64,000 bases of DNA from Clostridia bacterium (GCA_900754085.1 CAAEBO010000006.1:10393-74392); one strand, 5' to 3'. Positions 37,053-45,097 are shown, counted from the stretch's first letter. Program-made: numbers and translations. Notes: generated by a model from the letters alone, not told the origin.

Positions 37053-38425
37053 ATTATTTCACTCTTCTTTAACATATTTTTGTAATGTTTTGGTACATTA
37101 TTTTCTTCATTTAAAAAAGTATTATATTTATTTTTTCTATTTTTATATTCTTCATATTTATTAGTAGTTTTATAATATTTATATAATAATGGCAATTCTT
37201 CTTTATTCTCTTCATATTTCTTTATTGTTTCACAAATTGCTGTATTAACTTCATCTCTTGACCCTACACATTCAAATGGCTTGTTTTTTTGAATTCCTGA
37301 AAGCATTTCTAATGTTTCTTTTAAACTTTCTTTTTCTAATAAATCTTCTCCAAATATTTTTATCATATCTCTTCTAGTCATAAATGGAGATAATATTATA
37401 TATACGAATAAACATTTAGCACAATTTGCGCACCAAATATTTTCTTTGCTACCCGCGTTGCAACTTTTAAATATATTATAAAATTTAGGTAGTTTGGCAA
37501 AATGTTTGGCTATTTGATATTCACTCACTGGTCTTAACAAACTAAAATATTTTATATTTTTAAATATATTTTCTTTTACGTATTTATTAAAGTCTTCCTC
37601 AAATTCATAGCTTTTAGAATATTGATGGTTTACTTCTTCTTCATATATTGTAGACTCATTTGCACTAGCTTCATTAGATAGTACTATGTATTTCCTTTTA
37701 TTTAAATATGCCACTAATAATCCAGAAAAGGCAACTATAGATGAGAAAGGCGTGTGTCCATTTAAAAATCCTTTTGCATTAAGCTCTAGCATGTTTTTGT
37801 CTAAAGTTCTTTTTACATAGCACCTTTTACCAATGTCATAACCTGCGGTTTCTACAGTTTCTTCTGTAGCCCCTCTTGGGTTTATTACATAGCACATATT
37901 AGTGTCAAAATCCTCTTTAATTATATCTAAAGTGACTATGGAATCTTTTCCTCCACCTATTGGCACTAAAGCTCCTTCAAACTCTTCTTCTAGATCTATC
38001 TTTTTTAATTTTATATTCCCCACTTTAATATTCATAAACTCTTTTATATTCGTTTTTATATTATTTTTATAAAAAAACTCACCCAAACCATAAAAATATA
38101 ATTTCTTCCACCATTCAATTTGATTATCACTTAAACAAACATTTTTTATAGTTACCAATGGTGAACAAGTAATTTTCCAATAACTTACTAGCTCTGCCAT
38201 TCCTAAATTAAATACCATATTCTCTATTAATTTTTTATTTTCTTCATTTCCAATATTATTAAAAATAGATATATTTTTCTTTGGAATACACCAAGTAGGA
38301 TGAAATTTAGAAAGATTCTTAATTTCAAACTCATAACTTATTTTATACTCATCACTATTTTCTTCCACCTTATACCAATTATATGAAAATTCAGGATACA
38401 TACTTCTTAGCTCTTCAAAATTCAT
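37049..38425 (-). CDS. PP-loop-like ATP-utilising protein of unknown function (candidate MurL-type partner)
   Basis: 458 aa. Has an IGGGKDS motif and a CANCAKC cluster. It shares an ATGA overlap with the MurD-like gene. Confidence 0.5.
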   Translation of the reverse strand: MNFEELRSMYPEFSYNWYKVEENSDEYKISYEFEIKNLSKFHPTWCIPKKNISIFNNIGNEENKKLIENMVFNLGMAELVSYWKITCSPLVTIKNVCLSDNQIEWWKKLYFYGLGEFFYKNNIKTNIKEFMNIKVGNIKLKKIDLEEEFEGALVPIGGGKDSIVTLDIIKEDFDTNMCYVINPRGATEETVETAGYDIGKRCYVKRTLDKNMLELNAKGFLNGHTPFSSIVAFSGLLVAYLNKRKYIVLSNEASANESTIYEEEVNHQYSKSYEFEEDFNKYVKENIFKNIKYFSLLRPVSEYQIAKHFAKLPKFYNIFKSCNAGSKENIWCANCAKCLFVYIILSPFMTRRDMIKIFGEDLLEKESLKETLEMLSGIQKNKPFECVGSRDEVNTAICETIKKYEENKEELPLLYKYYKTTNKYEEYKNRKNKYNTFLNEENNVPKHYKNMLKKSEII

Positions 38426-38443
38426 GGCATTTCTCCTATCTTA

Positions 38444-38472
38444 GGGATTTTGGGGACGGTCCTTAAAATCCC
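38444..38472 (+). repeat. 29-nt palindromic REP-like element, copy B
   Basis: The plus strand reads GGGATTTTGGGGACGGTCCTTAAAATCCC, identical to copy A but in the opposite orientation. It lies between tyrS and the PP-loop gene, 6 nt from that gene's SD. Confidence 0.8.
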
Positions 38473-38531
38473 TATTTTCTTTTTACTAATGTATTATATT
38501 TTAATTAGATAATAAAAGCAACTATTTAATA

Positions 38532-39689
38532 TTATACTATTTTTATAAATTTATTTTTACCGAATTGTACAATTTTTTCTTTTGGATTAAGCATTTCATT
38601 TATATTCTCTACTACATTTCCATCTATTTTTACGCCTTTTCCTAATACCATTCTTTTCGCTTCACTTTTTGAATTTGCAAAATTTACATCTACAAGTAAG
38701 TTGCAAATATTTATTTCTCCATCACCATTATATTTGTGCTCTTTTATATTTGTTGGTATTTCTCCTTTTGCTACTTTATTATATCTTTCTTCTGCTATTG
38801 CAATTTTGTCTTCCCCATGGTACATTCTTATAATTTCTTCTGCATATTTTTTGTGTGCTTTTACGATATCTTCTTTTATTAGAATTTCCGCTTCTTCACT
38901 TTCTATATCTGTTGTTAATCTAAAATAATCCATTAAAACATTATCTGGAATTTTCATTGCTTTTTCATACATTATCTCTGGGCTTTCGTCGATACCAATA
39001 TAATTATCTAAAGATTTACTCATTTTTTCTTTTCCATCTAAACCTACTAATAGTGGAAATGTTAAAACAACTTGCCTTTCTTGACCATAATCTTTTTGAA
39101 GTTCTCTTCCTACTAAAAGATTAAACGTTTGGTCTGTACCACCAATTTCTATGTCTGCATTTAGTGCAACAGAATCATATCCTTGCATTAATGGATATAT
39201 AAGTTCATGCATAGAAAGAGGTAAATTATTTTCATATCTATTTTTAAAATCATCTCTTTCTAATATTCGTGCAACTGTATATTTACTTGTTAACTCTATT
39301 ATATCTTTAAAGTTCATTTTAGATAGCCACTCCGAATTGTATGCAATTCTAGTTTTTTCTTTGTCTAATATTTTAGTTACTTGTTTTAAATATGTCTCTC
39401 CAGATAATCTTGTTTGTTCGAATGTTAATGCTTGTCTAGTTTTGCTTTTACCAGATGGATCCCCAATCATACCTGTAAAATCACCTATAACAAAAACTAC
39501 TTCATGCCCCATTTCTTGAAATGTTTTTAAAGCCCTTAAAACCACAGTATGACCTAAATGTAGATCTGGTCTTGAAGGATCTGCTCCAAGTTTTATTGTA
39601 AGTTTTTTCCCACTTTCTAATTTTTTATTTAGTTCCTCTTCTGAAAATATATCTACTGCTTTTCTTTTAATTAAATCAATTTTATTCAT
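38532..39689 (-). CDS. tyrS: Tyrosine--tRNA ligase
   Basis: HIGH-type motif PDLHLGH, KMSKS motif and a C-terminal S4 domain. It is preceded by a T-box leader. The ATG at 39689 is preferred over the GTG at 39698. Confidence 0.95.
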   Translation of the reverse strand: MNKIDLIKRKAVDIFSEEELNKKLESGKKLTIKLGADPSRPDLHLGHTVVLRALKTFQEMGHEVVFVIGDFTGMIGDPSGKSKTRQALTFEQTRLSGETYLKQVTKILDKEKTRIAYNSEWLSKMNFKDIIELTSKYTVARILERDDFKNRYENNLPLSMHELIYPLMQGYDSVALNADIEIGGTDQTFNLLVGRELQKDYGQERQVVLTFPLLVGLDGKEKMSKSLDNYIGIDESPEIMYEKAMKIPDNVLMDYFRLTTDIESEEAEILIKEDIVKAHKKYAEEIIRMYHGEDKIAIAEERYNKVAKGEIPTNIKEHKYNGDGEINICNLLVDVNFANSKSEAKRMVLGKGVKIDGNVVENINEMLNPKEKIVQFGKNKFIKIV

Positions 39690-39734
39690 ATACCTCACCC
39701 TTCTTTTCTTTAAATTGTATAACTTTTATAAATT

Positions 39735-39957
39735 GCAAAAGACACACCTTCCTTAAAGGACGATGTGTCTTCGTGGTACCACCTTTATTTACAATTTATA
39801 ATTGCCTTATTTTAACTTGTCGTAGCTACACGTTAGTTACTATAAGAATTGTAATTCGTAATTTATATTCTAGCAATTTTCACCATACATTGCCTCTCTA
39901 CTAGTAACTATAAATTACTACTAAGTTTTCTTTTTAAAACATAACTAAATTCAATTG
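39735..39957 (-). promoter_or_regulatory. T-box leader (tRNA-Tyr sensing) with terminator
   Basis: The minus strand shows an AGAGA box (TAGAGAGG), a distal-loop motif TGGTGAAA and a candidate UAC specifier followed by G (39858..39860). It also has the T-box sequence AAAGGTGGTACCACG (39772..39787) and the terminator AGACACA...TGTGTCTTTTGC. Confidence 0.85.
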
Positions 39958-39963
39958 CTTATT

Positions 39964-39992
39964 ATTATACTCGATTTTTTTATAATTTGCAA
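39964..39992 (-). promoter_or_regulatory. Sigma-A promoter of the tyrS T-box leader
   Basis: The minus strand reads TTGCAA, a 17-nt spacer, then TATAAT. Confidence 0.65.
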
Positions 39993-40028
39993 CTTAGTAT
40001 CTTATAAATTCTAGCATACCTCATATTT

Positions 40029-40463
40029 TTATAAGAATTTTTTTAATTGTTCTACATTATTTTCCTGAAATGTTACAAAATTATTTAATAAATCTTTTAC
40101 ATCTTTGTTTATTTGACAAGTTTCGTTATTAATTAATTTTCTACCTTCTATAATTCCCATTGTCGTACCTTGTATCATAATTTCTGCTATATGTGATGGT
40201 GTTTTGTCTGCTATTGTATTCATTTGAACTCCAGTCCACCCCATTACTTTATCCATGATATTTTTATCTTCTGGTATTTCTCCATAATTTTCATATAATT
40301 TATTAACCCTATCCATTACTTGACCATATTGTGTATATTGAAAACTTAAATTGTCTTTTAATTCATTATCGTCTATCTTTTCTGAAACAAACGATATTGA
40401 ATCCATTCCCATTTTAGTCGCTTTATGAATTTGATTTAATATCTTTAAATTTTTTTCTTCCAT
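40029..40463 (-). CDS. Hypothetical protein (predicted helical, no family recognised)
   Basis: 144-aa ORF with a GGAGGC RBS. It has no diagnostic motif. Confidence 0.5.
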   Translation of the reverse strand: MEEKNLKILNQIHKATKMGMDSISFVSEKIDDNELKDNLSFQYTQYGQVMDRVNKLYENYGEIPEDKNIMDKVMGWTGVQMNTIADKTPSHIAEIMIQGTTMGIIEGRKLINNETCQINKDVKDLLNNFVTFQENNVEQLKKFL

Positions 40464-40587
40464 TTTAGCCTCCTTTTTTATAATAGAAACATCCCTAAAT
40501 ATAGTTATTTCTATTTCATTTTATTTTTATTCTTTTTAATATAAAAAATCTCAAATTTTAAAGAATTTTTCTGTATAGTTATTGAAC

Positions 40588-40623
40588 AGAAAAAACGGTG
40601 CAATTTATTCAAATTACACCGTT
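40588..40623 (-). terminator. Rho-independent terminator after the P-loop kinase-like gene
   Basis: The minus strand reads AACGGTGTAATT-TGAATA-AATTGCACCGTT followed by TTTTTT. Confidence 0.75.
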
Positions 40624-40633
40624 TAATGAAAGA

Positions 40634-41251
40634 TTACTGTTCTTTACAGATGCTTATATTGTCCTTTACAATATAAACATCATCAAACCCAGTAAAGTAT
40701 TTTGTAACTCGTTGAAGTTGTAGTTGCAAATACTCATATGTATCCTGAATTATTTTAGTTCTGATTTGTGAGTCACCTCTTCTTATAGATCTCAAAACAG
40801 TTTCCACTATTTCTACTTCCAAAATAATTAGTATAGAGTGATCGTATTTTCCCTCTAGTCCTAATAAAATTTTTTCTCTATCTTTTGGGAAAATAGCTAA
40901 GTCATCCCATACTACAATTCCATTACTGTTTAGTACTACTTCTGCTTGTTTTAAAGCTTTTTCAAAACTTCGTTTTTCTGCTAAGTCTTCTTGTTCAATT
41001 GTTAAAACCTCATCTTCTATAAGCTTTAACGCTTCTTCTTCGAAAATTTTGTCAGCTTCTATATGCGCAGAATTTATAAACTCTTTGCATATTATATTCG
41101 CCATAGTACTCTTGCCAGCTGCTGGCGTCCCACATAATATAACTAATGACTTGTTTGGTATCTTAATTTCATTTTTTATAAAATACCGAGTCCTTTTTTG
41201 AGGCAACTTTGTTGCTTGTTCTAAATTTTCTGTTAATATTTCTGCTATCAT
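40634..41251 (-). CDS. P-loop kinase-like protein (AAA_33/zeta-toxin-like NTP-binding fold)
   Basis: 205 aa. Walker A ILCGTPAAGKST after a 35-aa N-terminal extension, then HIEADKIF and VVWDDL (Walker B-like). Confidence 0.55.
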   Translation of the reverse strand: MIAEILTENLEQATKLPQKRTRYFIKNEIKIPNKSLVILCGTPAAGKSTMANIICKEFINSAHIEADKIFEEEALKLIEDEVLTIEQEDLAEKRSFEKALKQAEVVLNSNGIVVWDDLAIFPKDREKILLGLEGKYDHSILIILEVEIVETVLRSIRRGDSQIRTKIIQDTYEYLQLQLQRVTKYFTGFDDVYIVKDNISICKEQ

Positions 41252-41312
41252 ATTGCTTTCCTCCTAATTCATTTTAACAGTATTTGCTGATTTTCAAAAA
41301 ATCCTATAATAT

Positions 41313-41341
41313 ATTTTACCAAATTATGTTACCTTAGTCAA
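41313..41341 (-). promoter_or_regulatory. Sigma-A promoter for the kinase-like gene
   Basis: The minus strand reads TTGACT, a 17-nt spacer, then TAAAAT. Confidence 0.55.
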
Positions 41342-41448
41342 ATTATATAAACTTCCATGGTTGTTTTTTCTTATTCCAGCTTTTCTTCTTTATCCTAGCA
41401 CTATCATAAATTAATTAACATTTTGTATTTTCTTTTTTGCAGAGAAAT

Positions 41449-41488
41449 ATCCCTAAAATATGTTTTATTTACCACATATTTTAGGGAT
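41449..41488. other. Perfect 14-bp inverted repeat (hairpin) without U-tract
   Basis: ATCCCTAAAATATG-(12 nt)-CATATTTTAGGGAT, 8 nt past the stop of the 73-aa gene. Confidence 0.7.
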
Positions 41489-41495
41489 AGAGGAA

Positions 41496-41717
41496 TTAAT
41501 CTAGAATTGCACGCACGCTAGACATTTTGGTGATTTTGAGCTTTAACACTTTTGCAATGATTTCTACCTCTCTTTCAGAGATATAATTTGGAAAATATAA
41601 CTGTACTTCTCCTCTTTTATACCTCGACTCGAAGTTAGAATTTCCCATTACCTGCTTCGTCACCTTCCGTGCCTGATTTAAAGATGTTTTTTTGCCTCTG
41701 ATAAATATTTGTTTCAT
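41496..41717 (-). CDS. Small basic hypothetical protein
   Basis: 73-aa ORF with a strong AAGGAGGAA RBS. Locally elevated G+C. No family recognised. Confidence 0.5.
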   Translation of the reverse strand: MKQIFIRGKKTSLNQARKVTKQVMGNSNFESRYKRGEVQLYFPNYISEREVEIIAKVLKLKITKMSSVRAILD

Positions 41718-41842
41718 AGGCTATTCCTCCTTGAGAATATTATTGTGATTCATAATTTAATTATACCCTCTTTTTATTATTTATGTCAATTCAAATGTCG
41801 AAATTTGTATATTTTTGTATATTTTGATATAATATTTTTATT

Positions 41843-42760
41843 ATGGAAAATATTATAAGGTATAATCATTTAAATGAATATTATAAAAATAAATTTGGTG
41901 AAAGAACACTAAAAATATGTATAGATGCAGGTTTTACTTGTCCTAATCGTGATGGCTCTTTAAGTAATCTTGGTTGTATCTTTTGTAGTCAAGATGGATC
42001 TGGTGACTTAATAAAATATTCTGCATTATCTATTTCAAATCAAGTGCAAAACTTTTTAAATAGTTATCGTGGCTTGCGTGCTAATAAATTTATTGCTTAT
42101 TTTCAAAATTTTACAAACACATATGACTCTTTGTCAAATTTAAAAAAGAAATATGATTCTGCGTTAATTTGTGACAAAATAGTTGGTCTTTCTGTCGCTA
42201 CAAGACCAGATTGTATAACAGAAGATATTGTAAAACTCCTTGCATCATATTCTGACAAATACAGTGTGTCTGTAGAATTAGGTTTACAAACTGCAAATGA
42301 GAATATTGGTCAAATAATTAATCGTTGTTATACGAATACCGATTTTACTAATGCAGTTTCTCTTTTAAGAAAATATAATATAGAAGTAATTACTCACATT
42401 ATGGTTGGTCTACCTACTGAAAGCTTTAATGATATAAAAAATACTGTCAATTTCGTAAATTCACATGATATCCAAGGGTTAAAGGTTCATTCAACTTATA
42501 TTGTAAAAAATACACTTCTGGCAAATATGTATTTTAATAACGAATATACTCCAATTACTTTAGATTATTATTTAAATAATCTTTCATATATAATAACTCA
42601 TTTAAATCCAAACATAATAATACATCGAATTTCTGGTGATGCTCCTAAAGACTTGCTTATAGCTCCAGAATGGAACTTGCATAAAAAGTGGATTTTAAAT
42701 GGTTTTGAAAAAAAATTAAAAGCTGAAAATCTATGGCAAGGAAAATTTTATGAGGCATAA
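41843..42760 (+). CDS. TIGR01212-family radical SAM protein
   Basis: Contains CPNRDGSLSNLGCIFCS, a C-x-x-x...C-x-x-C cluster typical of YhcC/TIGR01212. 305 aa. Confidence 0.85.
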   Translation: MENIIRYNHLNEYYKNKFGERTLKICIDAGFTCPNRDGSLSNLGCIFCSQDGSGDLIKYSALSISNQVQNFLNSYRGLRANKFIAYFQNFTNTYDSLSNLKKKYDSALICDKIVGLSVATRPDCITEDIVKLLASYSDKYSVSVELGLQTANENIGQIINRCYTNTDFTNAVSLLRKYNIEVITHIMVGLPTESFNDIKNTVNFVNSHDIQGLKVHSTYIVKNTLLANMYFNNEYTPITLDYYLNNLSYIITHLNPNIIIHRISGDAPKDLLIAPEWNLHKKWILNGFEKKLKAENLWQGKFYEA

Positions 42761-42776
42761 ATTAATTATGCCTCAT
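42750..42776. terminator. Hairpin between convergent genes, overlapping the radical SAM stop codon
   Basis: ATGAGGCATAA-ATTAA-TTATGCCTCAT, a perfect 11-bp stem. The flanking T-run is weak. Confidence 0.5.
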
Positions 42777-42822
42777 TTGATACTTTTTACTTATGTCATT
42801 AATTTTCTATATATAAAATTAA

Positions 42823-43413
42823 TTATTCTCTATTTTTAAATCTTTTATTTACATTATTCCAATTTACAATATTCCAAAAAGCTTTAATATATTCTCCTCT
42901 ATTTGCTTTATATTGCAAAAAATATGAATGTTCCCACATATCTAATACTAAGATTGGCTTACAATTCCACAAAGTTAAATTCTGATGTTTTTCACATTGT
43001 ATAATTTCTAATTTATTAAACCTTGGAATCCAAACAAGTAAGTTCCAACCAGAAGCTTCCACTTGCTTACTGCTTTCTACAAATTGTTCTTTAAATGTTT
43101 CAAAACTTCCAAAATCTTTATTAATTTGTTCCATTAAATTTATGTTAGGTGAAGATGGAATTGCAGGTCCCATATTTTCAAAAAATAGTTCATGTAAGAT
43201 TGCACCAGATCCAAAAAAAGATAAGTTTTTTTCTAAGCATTTTATATTCTCAAAATCTCTATTTTTACGTGCTTTTTCTAACTTTGCTAATGTCGCATTC
43301 GTATTATCTACATATCCAGCATATAGTATATTATAATGAATATTTAAAGTTTCTTTACTATAATATGGTTCTAAGCTATCCAATGGATATTCTAAATTTA
43401 TTTTCTTAATCAT
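42823..43413 (-). CDS. Fe/Mn-family superoxide dismutase (divergent)
   Basis: Contains LEPYYSKETLNIHY...YV and DMWEHSYFLQY. The ligand-type His, His, Asp, His positions are recognisable. Confidence 0.88.
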   Translation of the reverse strand: MIKKINLEYPLDSLEPYYSKETLNIHYNILYAGYVDNTNATLAKLEKARKNRDFENIKCLEKNLSFFGSGAILHELFFENMGPAIPSSPNINLMEQINKDFGSFETFKEQFVESSKQVEASGWNLLVWIPRFNKLEIIQCEKHQNLTLWNCKPILVLDMWEHSYFLQYKANRGEYIKAFWNIVNWNNVNKRFKNRE

Positions 43414-43449
43414 AACAATTCCTCCATATTTTATACTATGAAGATTTCT

Positions 43450-44025
43450 TTAAAATATTCTTGTATCTAGCTCTTTTTCTATATTTTCTATAATTTCACA
43501 AATAATATCTTCTCTACAATATCTCTGTTTTGTTTCGTTATATAATGATGTCGCAATATTTAATATGTCGTTAGAAAACTCGTCTTCATTTACATTAAAA
43601 CCAATTCCTATAAAAAGTTCTTTAATATTTTCTTGCACCGTAATTACTTCTGTTAATATCCCACATATTTTTTTATTATTTAATAATAAATCATTTGGTA
43701 ATTTAACTTCTAAATTAATATTATATAGCTTTTTAACAACATTTTTTATATGTTCTGCAATTGATACTGTAAAGCCCTCTAATTGTTTTATATTAGCTTG
43801 TGGCTTTAGTACTATTGTCATTGCTATATTGTTACTTTTTGTATGCCATATTCTGCCATGTGTACCTTTTCCAGCAGTTTGAATATCTGCTATAATTATC
43901 GTTCCATTTTCGTATTTTTGCTTATTTCTTTTTGCTTCTAATTGTGTTGAATCTATTTCTTCAAAATACACTACTCTTTTGCCAATATAATTTGTATTTG
44001 CTTTAGTTATTTTATCTATATCCAT
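43450..44025 (-). CDS. birA: Biotin--[acetyl-CoA-carboxylase] ligase, catalytic domain only
   Basis: Contains the GKGTHGRIWH (GRGRxGRxW-type) motif and KICGILTE. It is 191 aa, with no HTH and no evident C-terminal SH3-like domain. Confidence 0.8.
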   Translation of the reverse strand: MDIDKITKANTNYIGKRVVYFEEIDSTQLEAKRNKQKYENGTIIIADIQTAGKGTHGRIWHTKSNNIAMTIVLKPQANIKQLEGFTVSIAEHIKNVVKKLYNINLEVKLPNDLLLNNKKICGILTEVITVQENIKELFIGIGFNVNEDEFSNDILNIATSLYNETKQRYCREDIICEIIENIEKELDTRIF

Positions 44026-44091
44026 AGACTTCTCCTTTATAATTTCATATGGCGATTATAGTTTTTAAATTGTTTTATGTTATCATTTTAA

Positions 44092-44955
44092 TTATATATT
44101 TTCTATTAAAATAATATCTCTTTTTAATAAACTATTTTTTACAGTTCCTGTTCCTATAAAATTTGACTTTGCATATATTTTATAAATTCCATCTAAATTA
44201 TTTACACTTAACTTTACACCATTTAAAAACAATTTTAATTTATATTCATTTAAATTCATACTTTCATTTTCTTTAAGCATATCTTCCAAAGTATACATAT
44301 ATTCATTTACATTTTCTAGGTTTAATTCATCTATACAAATTGCATTTTCTATATTAAAATTGCCCACTTGTAATCTTTTTAAATTTTTCATATATCCCAC
44401 TGTATTTAATTTACTAGCTATGTCTTCACACAAACTTCTAATGTATGTACCTTTAGAGCAACTTACTATAAATCTTACATTTTTCTCTTTATATTCTAAT
44501 AAATCTATATTGTAAATTTCTATTTGCCTAGCTTCTAGTTCAACCTTTTCACCTGTTCGAGCATATTCATACAATTTTTTGCCGTTCTTTTTTATGGCTG
44601 AATATATAGGTGGAACTTGCTCTTGCTTTCCTTCGAAGCTTTTTAAAACCTGTAATAAGTTTCTTTTTACATATTCTTCATCTACATCTTTTTCTTCTAT
44701 AATTTTTCCTTCTATATCTGCGGTTTCTGTTTTTATTCCAAGTTCTAATTCAACTTCATAAGTTTTGTCATGATTAATTAAATATTTAGAAAACTTTGTT
44801 CCTTTTCCAATTAATATTGGTAAAACACCTGTCGCATTTGGATCTAACGTCCCTGTGTGTCCTACCTTTGATATATTTAGTTTTTTCTTTAATTTTGCTA
44901 CAACATCATGTGATGTATATCCTTTTTCTTTATTTATTACTATAATTCCGTCCAT
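44092..44955 (-). CDS. truB: tRNA pseudouridine(55) synthase
   Basis: Contains GHTGTLDPNATGVLPI. The ATG at 44955 follows an AGAGGTG RBS. Confidence 0.93.
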   Translation of the reverse strand: MDGIIVINKEKGYTSHDVVAKLKKKLNISKVGHTGTLDPNATGVLPILIGKGTKFSKYLINHDKTYEVELELGIKTETADIEGKIIEEKDVDEEYVKRNLLQVLKSFEGKQEQVPPIYSAIKKNGKKLYEYARTGEKVELEARQIEIYNIDLLEYKEKNVRFIVSCSKGTYIRSLCEDIASKLNTVGYMKNLKRLQVGNFNIENAICIDELNLENVNEYMYTLEDMLKENESMNLNEYKLKLFLNGVKLSVNNLDGIYKIYAKSNFIGTGTVKNSLLKRDIILIENI

Positions 44956-44979
44956 ATGCACCTCTTAATTCTATACAAT

Positions 44980-45020
44980 AAAAAAAGCTTTAATGAATGC
45001 TTTGTAAGTTTCATTAAAGC
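44980..45020 (-). terminator. Rho-independent terminator between nrnA and truB
   Basis: The minus strand reads GCTTTAATGAA-(11 nt)-TTCATTAAAGC followed by TTTTTTT. Confidence 0.75.
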
Positions 45021-45027
45021 CTAGTTA

Positions 45028-45056
45028 AGGATTTTAAAGATTGTTCTAAAATTCTT
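45028..45056 (+). repeat. Decayed REP-like element copy (transition-rich)
   Basis: AGGATTTTAAAGATTGTTCTAAAATTCTT matches GGGATTTTAAGGACCGTCCCCAAAATCCC at about 19 of 29 positions. Most differences are C>T or G>A. Confidence 0.5.
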
Positions 45057-45068
45057 TAAAATCTAACA

Positions 45069-45097
45069 GGGGTTTTAAGGACCGTCCCCTAAATCCC
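45069..45097 (+). repeat. 29-nt palindromic REP-like element, copy C
   Basis: GGGGTTTTAAGGACCGTCCCCTAAATCCC matches the plus-strand reading of copy A at 27 of 29 positions. It contains the last two codons and the stop of nrnA. Confidence 0.75.

Noticed and set aside
40029-41717. Reading the three genes 41496..41717, 40634..41251 and 40029..40463 as a single three-gene defence operon.
   Set aside because: Each has its own promoter-like element and/or a terminator or hairpin. The 144-aa gene has ordinary local composition, whereas the other two have elevated G+C. Only the two-gene islet is retained as a finding, with the caveats stated there.
14944-45097. The 29-nt palindromic repeats, considered as CRISPR repeats.
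   Set aside because: The copies are single and separated by many kilobases. The only tandem pair has a 12-nt gap and one copy is decayed. There are no regularly spaced unique spacers and no cas genes in the window.
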